Source: Candidatus Latescibacterota bacterium (GTDB taxonomy: Bacteria > Latescibacterota > UBA2968 > UBA8231). Taken from it: a stretch of 64,000 bases of DNA. Position 1 is the first letter of the stretch; every line of letters starts with the position of its first letter. Both the position numbers and the translations under genes were made by a program. Location: the NCBI GenBank assembly GCA_965197905.1, contig CBDAOB010000005.1, positions 1,248,001 through 1,312,000 on the forward strand, in the 5' to 3' direction. Under the pieces are notes generated by a model. That model had not been told where the DNA came from and ran no database searches. It saw only the letters and a program-made list of their open reading frames with translations. Below are positions 1 to 9,879 of the stretch, one piece after another.

Positions 1-1
1 G

Positions 2-1003
2 CAACGACCGGCTCTCCGTCTGGAGCTGCTCAACTCGATCGAAACGGGCGCTGCGGACATCGTGGTCGGAACCCACGCGCTCATTCAAGAAAGCGTTAGG
101 TTCCCGAAGCTCGGCCTGGTGGTGATCGATGAGCAGCACCGATTCGGCGTGGTCCAACGCGATCTCCTGGCGAACAAGAAAAAACAGGCGAACCTTCTAT
201 ATTTGACGGCTACACCGATTCCCCGCACCCTGGCCCTGGCACTTTACGGAGACACCGATATGTCAATTCTGAATCAACTACCGCCCGGGAGGAAACCGGT
301 CAGGACGGCGGCGCGATCGGAGACAAGCCGCGAAGCTATTCTCCGATTCGTGGCCGAGCAACTGGATTGCGGAAGGCAGGCGTATCTGGTGTATCCGTCC
401 ATCGAGGACTCCGAAAAGTTGGGATTAAGGTCCGCTTCCCGGGCGTTCGAGGAGCTTTCCACTGGGGCTCTCGCAGGTTATCGGCTCGGGCTGCTTCACG
501 GCCAGATGTCAGAGGATGAGAAAAACTCGACGATGAAGGGGTTCGTCGAGGGCAGCACCCAGGCGCTGATCAGTACTACCGTTGTCGAGGTGGGCGTCGA
601 CGTCGCGAACGCGACGGTCATGGTGATCGAGAACGCCGAAAGGTTCGGTTTGGCACAGCTGCATCAGCTGCGTGGGCGCGTTGGGCGTGGTGTGGACGAG
701 TCGTATTGCATACTCATCAACGCTGCCGCTGCGGACGGAGATCGGACCGCCGCGCAGAACAGAATCGATCTATTGTGCCGGACCAGTGACGGCTTCGAGA
801 TCGCCGACGAAGACCTTGCCCTGCGGGGTCCCGGTGAGCTGCTGGGTACCGCACAGGCGGGACAGGCGGCATTTGCCGTCGCAGACTTGAGCCGGGATGG
901 CGAGCTCCTGAGACAGGCTCGAGAGTTGGCCGGTAGAGTCGTAGGCCAGGACGACCATTGCCGGGAAGTTACGCAGCAAGTCGAACCAAATTCGGGATTG
1001 TAG
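2..1003 (+). CDS. recG: ATP-dependent DNA helicase RecG, C-terminal part (5' end outside window)
   Basis: VVGTHAL, DEQHRFG, TATPIPRTL, QLHQLRGRVGRG and DL.LRGPGE motifs; frame is open from position 2. Confidence 0.95.
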   Translation, partial: QRPALRLELLNSIETGAADIVVGTHALIQESVRFPKLGLVVIDEQHRFGVVQRDLLANKKKQANLLYLTATPIPRTLALALYGDTDMSILNQLPPGRKPVRTAARSETSREAILRFVAEQLDCGRQAYLVYPSIEDSEKLGLRSASRAFEELSTGALAGYRLGLLHGQMSEDEKNSTMKGFVEGSTQALISTTVVEVGVDVANATVMVIENAERFGLAQLHQLRGRVGRGVDESYCILINAAAADGDRTAAQNRIDLLCRTSDGFEIADEDLALRGPGELLGTAQAGQAAFAVADLSRDGELLRQARELAGRVVGQDDHCREVTQQVEPNSGL

Positions 1004-1015
1004 AGGAGTATAGCC

Positions 1016-2155
1016 ATGGAGGAGGTGCGAGTTGCCACATTCGCCGGTCCAGGGTCCAAACCAACGATCAGAACCGTAGCCAAACCTGCGGTGCCGGAGA
1101 ATGCAGCTCTGATAGAAATCGAAGCGTGTGGTGTATGTGGGACAGACCTGCATATCCTGAAAGGTCATTGGCCCGGCGAGCTGCCGTGGCCCTTCACCCT
1201 CGGTCACGAGCTAGCCGGAACCGTGGTTGAGATTGGCAGCAGGCTCACTCACGATTTTATGGGTGCTCCGTTGAGCGTGGGATGTCGCGCCATGCTGCCG
1301 CCATTGATGCCTTGTGGCAGCTGCTACTACTGCGTGCATTTTCCGACTCACGCCAATCGTTGTCTGCAACCGACCTACTACGGCAGGTACCTGGCGTTCG
1401 ACAAACCTCCTCATCTGTGGGGTGGTTGGGCGGAGATGGTGTACGTTGACCTCGACCTATTGCCGGCTACCAAAATCTACCGCTTGCCCGACGGTATGTC
1501 GGCCATGCTTGGATCGCTGTCGGAGCCGCTGACATCATGTATCCGTGCGCTAGGTCGCGCCGCCAGGAGTGGGGGATTCTCGGTGGGGGATACGGTAGTA
1601 GTGCAGGGGTCAGGCCCCATTGGGGTGCTGATGCTCGTGGCGGCTCGCGAAATGGGGGCGGGAAAGGTCTTCGTGGTTGGTGCCCCGGAACGCCCGCGAC
1701 TGGAAATATGCCGTGCCTTCGGAGCGGACGGCACGGTCTGCATCGAAGATTACGGTTCCGCCGCGAGCCGGATAGAAGCGGTCGGGCAAATGGTCGGAGG
1801 ATTTGGCGCCGATCTGGTGGTCGATTGCAGCGGGCATCCCTCCGCCGGTCCGGAAGGATTGGAGATGCTTCGCGACGGCGGAACCTACGTGGAAATGGGG
1901 CAGTTTACCGATGCCGGTTCGATCGAAACCAACTGGCACCGCATCTGCTCAAAGGATGTGACGATCGTGGGGAGTTGGGCGTTTACCGCAAACGACATTC
2001 CGTTGGCGATCGAAATGCTCGATAGAGCAGCCGATCGCTACCCCTGGTCACAACTGCAAACATCCTTCCCGTTCTCGGAAGAAGGAGTACAGGAAGCTAT
2101 TGACGCGGCCATGGCGATGCGCTGCGTGAAAGCGACCATACGGCCCAACCGTTGA
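1016..2155 (+). CDS. Zn-dependent medium-chain alcohol dehydrogenase
   Basis: CGTD, GHE, structural Zn CxxCxxC...C and GSGPIG motifs; GAGGAG RBS. Confidence 0.9.
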   Translation: MEEVRVATFAGPGSKPTIRTVAKPAVPENAALIEIEACGVCGTDLHILKGHWPGELPWPFTLGHELAGTVVEIGSRLTHDFMGAPLSVGCRAMLPPLMPCGSCYYCVHFPTHANRCLQPTYYGRYLAFDKPPHLWGGWAEMVYVDLDLLPATKIYRLPDGMSAMLGSLSEPLTSCIRALGRAARSGGFSVGDTVVVQGSGPIGVLMLVAAREMGAGKVFVVGAPERPRLEICRAFGADGTVCIEDYGSAASRIEAVGQMVGGFGADLVVDCSGHPSAGPEGLEMLRDGGTYVEMGQFTDAGSIETNWHRICSKDVTIVGSWAFTANDIPLAIEMLDRAADRYPWSQLQTSFPFSEEGVQEAIDAAMAMRCVKATIRPNR

Positions 2156-2175
2156 GTGTTTGCCGGCGCCATCAT

Positions 2176-3543
2176 TCAGGAAATGCTCTTCAATCCCGAT
2201 TCGACGATAACGGCGATCTCGTCCGCTTCTTCCTTGGTCAAAATCAGCGGAGGCGCCACGAAGAATATCGGTTCGGGGCCGGCTATGGCGTGGCTCATGC
2301 GACCCAGAAGCAGCCCCTCCTCCTTCATCTTCTTTTGTACCTGCGCGGTGCGTGGTGCATCCAACATGCCACCCTCTTCATCCACCAGCTCGATGGCGAT
2401 CATGAGTCCCTTGCCGCGAACGTCCCCTAGAAACGGTGAGCTAATACTCGACAGACTCTCCATCAGATAGTTGCCCACCGTTTCGGCGTTCTCCCATAGC
2501 CTCTCCCGCAGAAGGATATCGATAGCTGTCACGGCGGCGGTGCAGCAGACGGGATGCCCGCCGTAGGTGGAAATCTGCGAGAACTCCCGATCTTCTTCAG
2601 GAGAGCCGAGGAACGCCTCGAACACCTCCGGGGTAACAACGCAGGCCCCCAGGGGCAGGTAGCCGCTGGTAGCGCCCTTTGCCAGCGTAATCATGTCGGG
2701 CACAACACCCCAGTGTTCGCAGGCAAATAACCTTCCGGTCCGCCCGAAGCCGTTGATGACCTCATCGAAAATAAGCAGGACTCCATAACGATTGCAGATC
2801 GCGCGAAGCTGGGGTAGATATTCGTCGGGAGGAACCAGAACTCCGCCGCCTCCTATGATTGGCTCGGCGATGACGGCGGCTACCGTTTCCGGTCCCTCGC
2901 GGACAATCGCATCTTCTATTTCTGCGACGCAGGCCACACCGCATTTCGGGTACTGCAGGTGAAGCGGACAGCGATAACAGTAAGGCGGATCTGTGTGCAG
3001 AAACCCGGGCACCAGCGGTTCGAACTTTGTTCGGCGACCCACCTGGCCCGTCGCGGAGAGGGCGCCCATGGTGAAGCCATGGTACCCCTGGTACCGCGCT
3101 ATCACCTTAAATCTGTTTTCGCCAGGAAATCGTTGCCGGCAGTACTGTCGGGCGATCTTCAGTGCCGTTTCGTTCGCCTCGGAGCCGCTAGCGCTGAAAA
3201 ACGAGTGCTGCAGATCGCCGGGCAGAATATCCGCGAGGCGGGAAGCCAGGTTGGCGGCGGGGGCGGTGACCATCGCGCTGGAAGCGTACGGAAGCTTCTT
3301 CATCTGCTCGTAAACCGCATCGGCGATCTCGGTGCGGCCGTACCCCAGGGTCACGTTCCAGATTCCCGCAATGCCGTCTATGTAGCTGTTGCCGTCCGCG
3401 TCCTGAACTCTAACCCCGTCGCCCGACGTGATCACCATGAGATCGGTCTGCTCAAGGGTCCGATGCTGCAGCATCGGATGCCACACGTGCTGTTGATCTA
3501 CAGTGCGAACGGCATCTGCTGAAATCGTCTCTTGTAAGGTCAT
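2176..3543 (-). CDS. Class III (omega-amine) PLP aminotransferase
   Basis: SGSEANE, YHG, FDEVINGFGRTG, TLAKG (PLP Lys), TYGGHP. Confidence 0.92.
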   Translation of the reverse strand: MTLQETISADAVRTVDQQHVWHPMLQHRTLEQTDLMVITSGDGVRVQDADGNSYIDGIAGIWNVTLGYGRTEIADAVYEQMKKLPYASSAMVTAPAANLASRLADILPGDLQHSFFSASGSEANETALKIARQYCRQRFPGENRFKVIARYQGYHGFTMGALSATGQVGRRTKFEPLVPGFLHTDPPYCYRCPLHLQYPKCGVACVAEIEDAIVREGPETVAAVIAEPIIGGGGVLVPPDEYLPQLRAICNRYGVLLIFDEVINGFGRTGRLFACEHWGVVPDMITLAKGATSGYLPLGACVVTPEVFEAFLGSPEEDREFSQISTYGGHPVCCTAAVTAIDILLRERLWENAETVGNYLMESLSSISSPFLGDVRGKGLMIAIELVDEEGGMLDAPRTAQVQKKMKEEGLLLGRMSHAIAGPEPIFFVAPPLILTKEEADEIAVIVESGLKSIS

Positions 3544-3587
3544 CTCTCGATCCTCTGCTCCTGCTGGGAGTGTTCGTCGATTGCGCT

Positions 3588-3616
3588 AATCTACTGTTAG
3601 TCTTCGACAGCATCAA
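3588..3616 (-). promoter_or_regulatory. Putative sigma70 promoter for the class III aminotransferase
   Basis: TTGATG-17nt-TAGATT on the minus strand, 45 nt before the ATG. Confidence 0.45.
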
Positions 3617-3726
3617 CGCACCGTAGCAGTCAAGGCGATGTGTTCGCTTGACTTGATGATGTCATTTTGATAACTACTCGAATTGCAACGGTTTTCGAGC
3701 GCTGTGGAATCGCCAAGGATCCTGCA

Positions 3727-4794
3727 ATGTCCAATCATCTGTTTCCCACGACCGTCATCGGGAGCTTGCCCCGGCCCGAGTGGCTGCGCCAGGCAATCCT
3801 GGACCGCAAATCTGGTGCGCTGACCGAGGACGAGACCACCGCCATCCTCGACCGGGTGATCGACGAGGCGATCCTGCTGCAGGAACGGTCCGGCCTGGAG
3901 GAGATTACGGATGGGGAGTGGCGCAGAGAGAGTTATGTCAAGGTGTTCGCTGAACGTGTACGGGGTTTTGAGAGCGATCTCAACGTGAGTGATATTCCGT
4001 ATCCTGCGGTGGTAGCTCCAGTGGAGTACTACCGGCCCATCGCCCTTGAAGAGCTGAGATTTCTCCGCCCCAGAACCTCCCGGCGGGTCAAGGTTACCCT
4101 ACCTGCTCCGTATATCATCGGACGCAGAATGTGGCATCCGGAATATTCCGCCAAAGCATATCCGACGAGAGAGGCGCTGATGACCGACTGCGTCGGGATA
4201 CTTCGCGAAGAGATCGAGAAACTGAAAGAGGCGGGCGCCGACACGATCCAGCTCGACGAACCCTGGTTGAGCACGATGGTCGATCCGGAATTCCGCAAGA
4301 GGGAGGGCGTCAGCGATGAGCAGTGGCAGTACGAAAAAGACCTGTGCGCGGATCTGATCAATCAGACCGTCTCTGGATTCGACGATCTCAATACCGGAAT
4401 GCATCTCTGCCACGCCCATTTCGCGCACAAACATGGAACCGAGGGGCCGTATGATCTGATCATGGATTCCCTGGCCAAGATCAAGGTTGGAACCATATCA
4501 ATGGAGTATGCCACGCCGGTGGCCGGGGGCATGCACACCTTGAACAGGTTCCCGGAGCGGGTGCGGTTGGGGTTGGGGTGCATCGACCACTGCAATCGCG
4601 ATATCGAATCTCCCGAGCAGGTCGTCGCCAGAGTTGAAGAGGCGATGGGCCACGTGGACAAGGAACGCATCACCTTGCACCCCGATTGCGGGTTCGCCCC
4701 CTCGGTTCAGAATCCGATGGATCTGGACGAGGCGTATCTGAAGCTGAGCTCCATGTGTGAGGCTGCCCAGATCCTGCGTGAAAAACACGCATAG
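3727..4794 (+). CDS. Cobalamin-independent methionine synthase II family protein (catalytic domain only)
   Basis: TTVIGSLPRP, TDGEWRR, IQLDEP, Zn ligands HLC...E...PDCG; AAGGA RBS. Confidence 0.85.
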   Translation: MSNHLFPTTVIGSLPRPEWLRQAILDRKSGALTEDETTAILDRVIDEAILLQERSGLEEITDGEWRRESYVKVFAERVRGFESDLNVSDIPYPAVVAPVEYYRPIALEELRFLRPRTSRRVKVTLPAPYIIGRRMWHPEYSAKAYPTREALMTDCVGILREEIEKLKEAGADTIQLDEPWLSTMVDPEFRKREGVSDEQWQYEKDLCADLINQTVSGFDDLNTGMHLCHAHFAHKHGTEGPYDLIMDSLAKIKVGTISMEYATPVAGGMHTLNRFPERVRLGLGCIDHCNRDIESPEQVVARVEEAMGHVDKERITLHPDCGFAPSVQNPMDLDEAYLKLSSMCEAAQILREKHA

Positions 4795-4811
4795 AAATCC
4801 AGGGTGAGTAG

Positions 4812-5300
4812 ATGACTGCTAGAAGAATCCAAGTGCGGCTAGAGAAACGGGGGGTTTCCTGCAAGGCGGAGGTCCTCGAGGACCTGGCGCCAAAGACCTG
4901 CAGCCTGCTGTGGGAAGCGCTGCCTCAAGGTGGCGACGCCTTCCACGCCAAGTACGCCAGCAACGAGGTCTACACCCTCGTTCCCCCGTTTGCGCCCGAA
5001 GAGCCCGGTCTGGAGAATCCCACCATGACGCCGATCGCCGGTGACCTGGTGTATTTCTACTTTGCCCCCGGCTTGGTCGCGCTTCCAGACGTCAAGGACA
5101 CCGCGTGCGAAAACGGCGTCGTCGACCTGGCGATCTTCTACGGCCGTGACAATTTCCTGTTTTCTCCGACCATGGGTCCGACCCCGGGAACCCGGTTTGG
5201 CGCGATTACCGAAAACCTTTCCGAGATGATGGACGCGTGTACCAACGTCTGGCGAGAAGGGTTCGCCGGCGAACGCCTTATCTTCGAACGCAGCGACTAG
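4812..5300 (+). CDS. DUF3830-like (cyclophilin-like fold) protein
   Basis: APKTC..LW..LP, HAKYASNEVY, ENPT..PIAGD and LAIFYGR resemble DUF3830. Confidence 0.7.
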   Translation: MTARRIQVRLEKRGVSCKAEVLEDLAPKTCSLLWEALPQGGDAFHAKYASNEVYTLVPPFAPEEPGLENPTMTPIAGDLVYFYFAPGLVALPDVKDTACENGVVDLAIFYGRDNFLFSPTMGPTPGTRFGAITENLSEMMDACTNVWREGFAGERLIFERSD

Positions 5301-5377
5301 CACGTTGTGGCGGCTGAGTATCGCTGCGTTGTGCAGCCGTCGCGAATCGATCTCACTGCCCTCCAATACCTGATTGA

Positions 5378-6505
5378 ATGACTGAATCCCTGGTGTCACC
5401 CTCCGAGTTTGTAGGACTAGACGGGGTGACACACCTGTGCACTGGGGGCGAAGCGCCGTGGCTGAAGCGTTTCGACACCGTTTACCAACAGTTTTCCACC
5501 TGTAAGAGCGCCGGCGCGAAAGGTCGGCGCCAGATATTCGATCGGGTTTCCGCCTGTCGAAACAAGATGGCCGATCTGTGGAATGTGCCTGCGGATCGGA
5601 TCGGGTTCATGCTCTCGGCGGCTGAAGGGATGAACTGGCTGGCGCGGGGTCTCGAACTGCGATCGGGAGATAACATCGTTACCACACGCATGGAGTTTCC
5701 GTCGGTGGCCTACGCCTGGCGTTCGGCGCGGGAGAGTGGGGTAGAGATACGCATGGTGGCGCATCGGAACTGGGTCGTGGAGGAAGAGGAATTGATCGCG
5801 GCTATCGATTCCAGGACGCGGGTGTTGGCGGTAAGTCAGGTGAGTTTCTATTCCGGTCAGTGTTTGGATATTCTCCGTCTTTCCGAGGCGACGAGAAGAC
5901 AAGGTGCTCTGTTGGCGGTGGACGCCACCCATGCTTCGGGTGTCGTGCGGGTACCCGCCGAACTTACCGACCTTTGTGTGACCAGCTGTTACAAGTGGAT
6001 GCTGGCGACCCACGGGCTGGCACCCTGCTACTTGAGCACCAGGGCCGAGGAGGTGGCCGAGGCGACGAGCTTCGGCTGGCACAACCTGGAGGTCTGGGAA
6101 CGAAACACCTACGACTGCAAGCCAGAGGTGGCCGCCAAGCCGATGCCCGATCTTCTGGAACCGGGCAACCCTGCTCTAATCGTGATCATGTTTCTCGAGC
6201 GAGCCCTCGACCTGATGCGAGATCTGGGCATCGAGCGTATAGAAGGCCATGCCAGGGAGCTGGCGGCGCGTACCAGTGCAGGCCTCAAGGATTTGGGGCG
6301 GGTCGTGATTTCTCCAGAGGAGCAACCCAGGCGGTCTGGGAATACCTGCTTCGTCGATGAACGGGCCGAGCATTTGGTGGCGCAGCTAGCAGCGCAGCGC
6401 ATTCTGGTTTGGGGTGAGATGGGACGAGTGCGCATATCAACCCACGTCCACAACAACGCTGACGACGTGGATCGTTGCCTGCGCGCTCTTCGAGGGCTGG
6501 GATAA
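5378..6505 (+). CDS. Class V PLP-dependent enzyme (cysteine desulfurase/lyase-like)
   Basis: EFPS, VDATH, SCYKWML (PLP Lys), RISTH..N; no obvious NifS/SufS catalytic Cys loop. Confidence 0.85.
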   Translation: MTESLVSPSEFVGLDGVTHLCTGGEAPWLKRFDTVYQQFSTCKSAGAKGRRQIFDRVSACRNKMADLWNVPADRIGFMLSAAEGMNWLARGLELRSGDNIVTTRMEFPSVAYAWRSARESGVEIRMVAHRNWVVEEEELIAAIDSRTRVLAVSQVSFYSGQCLDILRLSEATRRQGALLAVDATHASGVVRVPAELTDLCVTSCYKWMLATHGLAPCYLSTRAEEVAEATSFGWHNLEVWERNTYDCKPEVAAKPMPDLLEPGNPALIVIMFLERALDLMRDLGIERIEGHARELAARTSAGLKDLGRVVISPEEQPRRSGNTCFVDERAEHLVAQLAAQRILVWGEMGRVRISTHVHNNADDVDRCLRALRGLG

Positions 6506-6512
6506 TCTCCTT

Positions 6513-8189
6513 TTGGCTGGCCCGAGCCGCACCAGATGGAGATGGATCTCGTCGCTGCTGCTGGTTGCCGGAGCGTCTGTCTGGATCCTGTTCGCCCTTT
6601 GGGGTGAGGATCTGGTGCGCTCAATCTACGCCGCCGCCGCCCCCGCTGAGTTTCTGAACGGCCTCATAAAGAGACAGTCCGTACATCGGGTCGACTACTA
6701 CCTGAACAGGGGGTGGACGGCGGCGCGGGGCATGGCCTGGTTGATGTGGAGCGCCGCTGCCTTGATAGCGCTCTACCAAACTCTGCTGGCTACCGGGTTG
6801 TTTCGGCGGCGGAATCCGCCGCTTTTGGTGGCGATCGTGTTCGCGACAATCCTGGTGTGCGAGTCGTACGTTCTCGGCGTTCCGATTTTTCAGCTACTGC
6901 CCCACTGGTTCTGGTCTCTGCGCCTCAAGGAGCTCGGGAACTGGTGGCTTCTTTTCCCGCTCGCAGCGGTCCTGTGGGGCACCTTGCACCAGATATTTAG
7001 TGGGCCGGCAAGAAACAAGCGCAATCTGCTGCTCCTCATCCTGACAGGAACCCTGGTGCAGTACGGGATCGTCGCGATGGAAGGCAATGCCCTTGACGGC
7101 TTGCGGCATCGGTTGCTGGATACCGGGCATGGTGGATTCCCGCGGCTCGCGTCCGATCAGATAAGCCTCCTTCGAGTCGTCGCCGGTTACGACGACATGC
7201 TGGCCGCGGGCCAACTGGCGGATTATCCGTTTGGCACCAAACCACCCGGTGTGCTTGTTTTCTTCGTCCTTTGCGCACGACTGGCGGATATGCTCCAGTT
7301 TTCCGGAACGAACCTGGAGCAGCTATCGACGCTTGCCACGTTGCTGTTTCCCGTCTTTACCTACCTGGCGCTGGTACCACTGTTTATGGTTTGCCGGCAG
7401 TACGTTGGCACGAAAGAATCCTGGGTGCCCTGCTGCCTATACATTGCGCTTCCCAATCTCGTGCTGATGAATATGCATCTGGATCAGTTTCTGTTGCCCC
7501 AGCTGGGACTCTGGTTCGCTCTGACAATGGTCCTCGCGCACCGACGGGGGAGTGCGCTGGGCGGCGTGTTCAGCGGGGTCCTGCTTTATGTCTGTCTGTT
7601 TGTCTCGTTTTCGTTAATTGCGCTGGTCGCCCTGATTCCCGTCATCCTGATCGTGCGTGGCCCCGGTCGTTCAAACGCTACCAGGATGTTGGGCTACCTG
7701 ATCTTTGGGTTTGTGGCTTCGTATGGCCTGCTTTATGCCATCGCCGACTACAGCGCAGTAGATCGTTTTTTCGCGGCCATCGGCCGGCATTCACAATGGA
7801 AGGTAGAGACCTGGGGTATTCTCACCGTTGTCTATTTCGCCATCCTGAACACGGTGGAGTTCGCACTTTGGTGCGGCGTGCCGGTTGCTATTCTATGCGG
7901 GGCCGAGCTGTATCGTTCGGCTCGGATCATGTGGACCACCAGACAAGTGGCGGAGGAGGGCACCTTAGGTGTTGCTCTTCTAGCCACTGGAGGGTTCCTG
8001 CTTATGTTCGGGAGAACTGTAGGCGAGACCGGCCGACTGTGGATCTTCCTGGCGCCGCTGGTGGCGTTTTGCGCTGCGGCCACGTTGAACAGATTGATGC
8101 CTGATCGCCTTTTGGCGGGGACTGCGGCAACGGTCACATTGCAGATGGCCGTCGTTCTCACCCTCAAGCGACACCAGGATTTCTTTTGA
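6513..8189 (+). CDS. Polytopic membrane protein, possible GT-C glycosyltransferase (start uncertain)
   Basis: Many TM segments; TKPPG, LDQ and GETGRLWIF motifs; TTG start chosen just after the upstream stop. Confidence 0.55.
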   Translation: MAGPSRTRWRWISSLLLVAGASVWILFALWGEDLVRSIYAAAAPAEFLNGLIKRQSVHRVDYYLNRGWTAARGMAWLMWSAAALIALYQTLLATGLFRRRNPPLLVAIVFATILVCESYVLGVPIFQLLPHWFWSLRLKELGNWWLLFPLAAVLWGTLHQIFSGPARNKRNLLLLILTGTLVQYGIVAMEGNALDGLRHRLLDTGHGGFPRLASDQISLLRVVAGYDDMLAAGQLADYPFGTKPPGVLVFFVLCARLADMLQFSGTNLEQLSTLATLLFPVFTYLALVPLFMVCRQYVGTKESWVPCCLYIALPNLVLMNMHLDQFLLPQLGLWFALTMVLAHRRGSALGGVFSGVLLYVCLFVSFSLIALVALIPVILIVRGPGRSNATRMLGYLIFGFVASYGLLYAIADYSAVDRFFAAIGRHSQWKVETWGILTVVYFAILNTVEFALWCGVPVAILCGAELYRSARIMWTTRQVAEEGTLGVALLATGGFLLMFGRTVGETGRLWIFLAPLVAFCAAATLNRLMPDRLLAGTAATVTLQMAVVLTLKRHQDFF

Positions 8190-8197
8190 CGGGAGTG

Positions 8198-9793
8198 ATG
8201 GAGGACAACATTTCGTTCAAGACCGTAGCCTTGACTACCGGACTGGCCACTGTGGGCGTCGCGTCCCTGTTTCGCTACGCCGAACTGCAGCACGGTGCTG
8301 GCATGCCTCTGGATGACTCATGGATCCACTTGCAATTCGCGCGCAATCTCGTCGAGGGGAACGGCTTCGCCTTCAATCCGGGCGAGACGACGGCGGGTTC
8401 GACGGCTCCGCTGTGGACCCTCTCGCTTGCCGCACTGATGCTGTTGCCCTGGGACATCCTTGGTTCGGTCAAGGTGTTCGGCATTCTACTTCATTGGGCG
8501 AGTTCCGTGTTGGCCGTTCGCCTGGCTCGCAGCCATGGGTTGGAAGCTCCATGGGCCCTCCTGGTCGGTCTCGTAGTGGCGACAACCCCCAGGCTCGTCT
8601 GGGGAGCGCTTTCGGGGATGGAGATCCCGCTGTACCTGCTGCTGTCGACCGCGGGACTTTGCTTTCACGTTGAGTGCATCGGTCGTTCGCCGTCGATCTT
8701 GGGCACTATGCTGGTGGCATTAGCAGTGCTGGCGCGCCCGGAGTGTCTCATTCTTTTCCCGCTCTGTCTCATCGACAGGTGGCGTTTCGATCGTTCCCAG
8801 GATCATCGGCGAATGAACCTCAGGCACGGTCTGCTCTACGCCGCCATCATGGCGCCATCGATTGTCTTCAATCTGCTCGTCTCCGGCAATCCGCTTCCCA
8901 ACACCTACTACGCCAAGGTGGGTGGTTACGGATTACTGCAGGCGATCGCCGCAGCTGATATGACGCAGGTGGGAAAAGCGCTGGTTGTCTATCCGTTGAT
9001 TCAGGCTCGCGAGCTGGGTCGGTTCGCGGTGGAGAACAGTCTTTTCGTGAGCATGGCCTGCCTCCTGGGTTTCCTGGAGCTGCTGCGTCGCGATCGAACT
9101 GAGAACGGGAAGTTGTCATGGATCATCCCGCTCGTCCTCGTGGCGTTTCCGCTGGTCCGCGGGGCAGTCGCCCCGTTCAAGGGAGCGTTATTTCAGCACG
9201 GTAGGTACGCGGCTTTTCTCGTGCCGCTAATCACGGTTGCCGGAGTACTGGGTTTACGGAGCCTGTTCGAGGTTCTCGCTCACGGCCGCTCCGGCAAGCA
9301 ACTCCAGCTCCTGCGGCAATGGGCCATTCCCGCCGTCGTAGGTCTACTAGTGCTCGAGCTGGCCGTCGCCAACATCAAATACGCCCGCACCTACGCACGC
9401 AACGTGGCCAACATCAACGCCACTCACGTGAAAATGGGGCAGTGGCTGGCCAGCAATACGCCAGCGGACGCCGTCGTTGCCACCCATGACATCGGCGCCG
9501 TTGGATTCTTCTCGAATCGGTATCTGTACGATACTACCGGCTTGATAACGCCGACTGTTCTGGACTACCTGCCGAAAGGACGACCAGCGGACAAGGGCGT
9601 CGCCCGCTTTCTGCGCGATAAGAAACCCGACTACCTCGTGCTGATCCCCAGCTGGTACCCGACCTTGACCCGAAGAATCGGAGGGATTCAAGCGGTATTT
9701 TCGATCAATGTCTCCGACAACACGGTGGTCGCCGGGGACCGGTTCGTCGCCTATCGACTACCCTGGTCCTCGCTGCCCCCGGATGGTCCGTAG
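8198..9793 (+). CDS. GT-C/PMT-like membrane glycosyltransferase
   Basis: LDDSWIHLQFARNL first-loop acidic motif, SGME, LARPE, PLPNTYYAK, DIGAVGF..D..GL. Confidence 0.7.
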   Translation: MEDNISFKTVALTTGLATVGVASLFRYAELQHGAGMPLDDSWIHLQFARNLVEGNGFAFNPGETTAGSTAPLWTLSLAALMLLPWDILGSVKVFGILLHWASSVLAVRLARSHGLEAPWALLVGLVVATTPRLVWGALSGMEIPLYLLLSTAGLCFHVECIGRSPSILGTMLVALAVLARPECLILFPLCLIDRWRFDRSQDHRRMNLRHGLLYAAIMAPSIVFNLLVSGNPLPNTYYAKVGGYGLLQAIAAADMTQVGKALVVYPLIQARELGRFAVENSLFVSMACLLGFLELLRRDRTENGKLSWIIPLVLVAFPLVRGAVAPFKGALFQHGRYAAFLVPLITVAGVLGLRSLFEVLAHGRSGKQLQLLRQWAIPAVVGLLVLELAVANIKYARTYARNVANINATHVKMGQWLASNTPADAVVATHDIGAVGFFSNRYLYDTTGLITPTVLDYLPKGRPADKGVARFLRDKKPDYLVLIPSWYPTLTRRIGGIQAVFSINVSDNTVVAGDRFVAYRLPWSSLPPDGP

Positions 9794-9879
9794 CATCCCC
9801 GCCCATTGTCAGAAAATCGGCCAACTCGTACCTTGTCAGTCTTGTCTGCGTACCACAATCCAATAGCTCGAGAGCCACA

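Noticed and set aside
3544..3726. SAM or cobalamin riboswitch before the MetE-like gene (also checked before the cytochrome/TonB operon)
   Set aside because: No recognisable conserved riboswitch core by eye; an Rfam/Infernal scan would settle it
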